Assembly (NCBI GenBank): GCA_965219415.1
Contig: CBDCNP010000002.1
Span: forward strand, 640,001-704,000
Source of the DNA: Candidatus Marinacidobacterales bacterium
GTDB lineage: Bacteria; Acidobacteriota; Vicinamibacteria; Marinacidobacterales; DATDRI01
DNA length: 64,000 nucleotides
Direction: 5' to 3'
Shown here: positions 62,084 to 64,000 of the stretch, one piece after another
Layout of the letters: each line of letters begins with the position of its first letter
Numbering within the stretch: the first letter of the stretch is position 1
Made by a program: the position numbers and the translations under genes
The notes under the pieces: generated by a model
The model's database searches: none
Told to the model about the DNA's origin: nothing
The model's input: only the letters and a program-made list of their open reading frames with translations

Positions 62084-63216
62084 CGCAACACCCCCTTGTC
62101 CTTCTCGAATGCCACGAAAAGCTCACGACGCGGGTTCTCTGGGTGAAGTCGCGCGAGCTCGCGTAACAGTTCCTGAGTGCGATCGTCGTACACCACCGGC
62201 GTAACCACTTGGATCGTCACGAAAAGATCTCCGCGCCCCCCACCCCTCAGAGACGGCGCTCCACGCCCGGAGAGCCGAAGCTTCTGGCCACTCTGCACTC
62301 CTGCTGGGACTCGCACTTTAACCGACCCTTCGACGGTGGGCACCTCGACGCGGCAACCCAGCGCCGCTTCGCTAAACGTAATCGGCACCGTGCAAAAAAG
62401 ATTGTCACCCTTTCGAGTAAAGAAAGGACGTGGCTCGGCGGCCACGATTTGAATCAGCACGTAGAGATCCCCTGTGCTGCCGCCGCCTCTGCCTTCGTTT
62501 CCGAGCCCGGGCACTGCTACCTTCGATCCATCATCCACACCAGGGGGGATCTCAACCTGGATCGACTCTTCCTTCGCCGTCCGCCCAACGCCTTGACAAT
62601 CAGGACAATCTTGACGGTCGACGACCCCCGAACCGCCGCAGTCCGCACAAGGCCGAGCAAACAACATGTGACCTCGCGCTTGCGTAGTCCGTCCACGTCC
62701 CTGGCACGCCCGGCAAGTCTGCGACCGGTTCGCAGGCAAATGCCCCCAGCCCTCGCAAGTCTCGCACGCGATAAGCCGATTCACTTGAAACGAAGCGGCC
62801 AACCCTTTGAGGGACTCCTCGAAGGAGATGCCCAAACGATGTTGGGAATCTTCCCCGCGCGTGGCCCCCTTGGATCGAGAGGAGACTTCCTCGCGACCGA
62901 AGATCTCCGCAAAAACGTCAGCATCGGACCGACCAGACATCGAGAAATCAAAACCTTCGAAACCGTAACCGGCAGCCGCCTCGGCGTTTTCTGTCGTTGG
63001 TTTGGCTCCCGATCGATCGTACTGCTCGCGCTCGCCGGGATCCGACAGCACTTCGTAAGCTTCCGTTATCCTTCGATAGCGCACTTCCGAGACGCGGTCG
63101 CCCGGGTTTATCTCGGGGTGATACTTGCGCGCCAGCTTTCGGTAAGCCCTTCTTATCTCGATGCGGCCAGCCGTGCGCTTGACGCCGAGGAGCTCATAGT
63201 AAGTACGTCGTTCCAT
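62080..63216 (-). CDS. dnaJ: Class A DnaJ chaperone with HPE variant
   Basis: J domain, four CxxCxGxG repeats, C-terminal domains. Confidence 0.88.
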   Translation of the reverse strand: MERRTYYELLGVKRTAGRIEIRRAYRKLARKYHPEINPGDRVSEVRYRRITEAYEVLSDPGEREQYDRSGAKPTTENAEAAAGYGFEGFDFSMSGRSDADVFAEIFGREEVSSRSKGATRGEDSQHRLGISFEESLKGLAASFQVNRLIACETCEGWGHLPANRSQTCRACQGRGRTTQARGHMLFARPCADCGGSGVVDRQDCPDCQGVGRTAKEESIQVEIPPGVDDGSKVAVPGLGNEGRGGGSTGDLYVLIQIVAAEPRPFFTRKGDNLFCTVPITFSEAALGCRVEVPTVEGSVKVRVPAGVQSGQKLRLSGRGAPSLRGGGRGDLFVTIQVVTPVVYDDRTQELLRELARLHPENPRRELFVAFEKDKGVLR

Positions 63217-63246
63217 CCTTCTCGATCCCTAGTTACTTCTCGCTTT

Positions 63247-64000
63247 TTACTTCTTGTCATCCGAGTCCACGATCTCGGCATCGATAACATCACCCTCGCC
63301 GTCGCCGTCGCCGGCGCCAGCTCCCGGTGCACTCCCGGCATCGCCCGCCTCTGAGTCTGCCGGCGGCGCCGGGCCGTCATCTCCGCCGGCCGTCGCCCCG
63401 GCCTGCTTGTACATAATCTCGGCTAGACGATGACTCGCCCGCTCTAGGACTTCTCGGGCGTTGCGAACTGCTTGGACGTCCGCCTCCTGCAAGGCCTTCC
63501 TAGCATCCTGGATCGCAAGCTCGATTTGTGAAGCCTCCTCCGCGGGGATCTTGTCCTTGTTCTCCTCCAGAATCTTGTTCGTCTGGTAGACGAGGCTATC
63601 GGCTTTGTTGCGCTCTTCGGCTTCATCTTTCCGTCGCTGGTCATCCTCGGCGTGAGACTCGGCCTGCTTCTGCATCTTCTCGACCTCGCTTTGATCCAGC
63701 CCGCTCGAGGCGGTAATCGTGATGGCCTGCTGCTTCGCGGTCGCCAAGTCTTTGGCCGACACGTTGACGATTCCGTTCGCATCGATGTCGAAGGTTACTT
63801 CCACCTGCGGCACCCCCCGCGGGGCTGGCGGAATACCAACCAGCTGGAAACGCCCGAGAGTGCGATTGTCGCCGGCCATCGCCCTTTCGCCTTGAAGAAC
63901 GTGCACTTCGACTTGGGTTTGGTTGTCGGAGGCGGTGGAGAATATCTCTCCCTTTCGGGTCGGAATCGTCGTATTTCGCTCGATAAGCTTTGTAAACACG
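63247..64000 (-). CDS. dnaK: Chaperone DnaK, C-terminal part (5'-partial)
   Basis: [44 protein letters not shown]. Confidence 0.97.
   Translation of the reverse strand, partial: VFTKLIERNTTIPTRKGEIFSTASDNQTQVEVHVLQGERAMAGDNRTLGRFQLVGIPPAPRGVPQVEVTFDIDANGIVNVSAKDLATAKQQAITITASSGLDQSEVEKMQKQAESHAEDDQRRKDEAEERNKADSLVYQTNKILEENKDKIPAEEASQIELAIQDARKALQEADVQAVRNAREVLERASHRLAEIMYKQAGATAGGDDGPAPPADSEAGDAGSAPGAGAGDGDGEGDVIDAEIVDSDDKK

Overview
GC-rich bacterial chromosome segment. Acidobacteriota-like by gene repertoire (inference). Two core blocks, 1-17048 and ~41830-64000, carry hemA, cax, an M1 peptidase, PBP1A, lemA, lon, cbpA, prfB with its programmed +1 frameshift, lnt, nfeD-slipin, greA, rarA, a DnaC-like ATPase, a sigma70 factor and dnaK-dnaJ-hspR. 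Between them lies a ~24 kb mosaic of decayed DNA (17049-41600) containing IS3, IS5 and IS256 elements, a nest of integrase-core transposon ends, remnants of restriction-modification and DISARM-like defence genes, an intact TcmP-DUF5131 pair and many signalling pseudogenes. The ORF track misses two probable selenoproteins, because an in-frame UGA sits at the catalytic Cys position: an ArsC/Spx-family protein (UxxC) and an exported peroxiredoxin (TxxU). Each UGA is followed by a SECIS-like hairpin. Also notable are an HspR-operator-like site over the lon promoter, a DnaJ with HPE instead of HPD, and paralogous lon and PilZ relics bracketing the mosaic. No rRNA, intact tRNA or CRISPR array was seen. 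All family calls come from motif recognition by eye, not from database searches.
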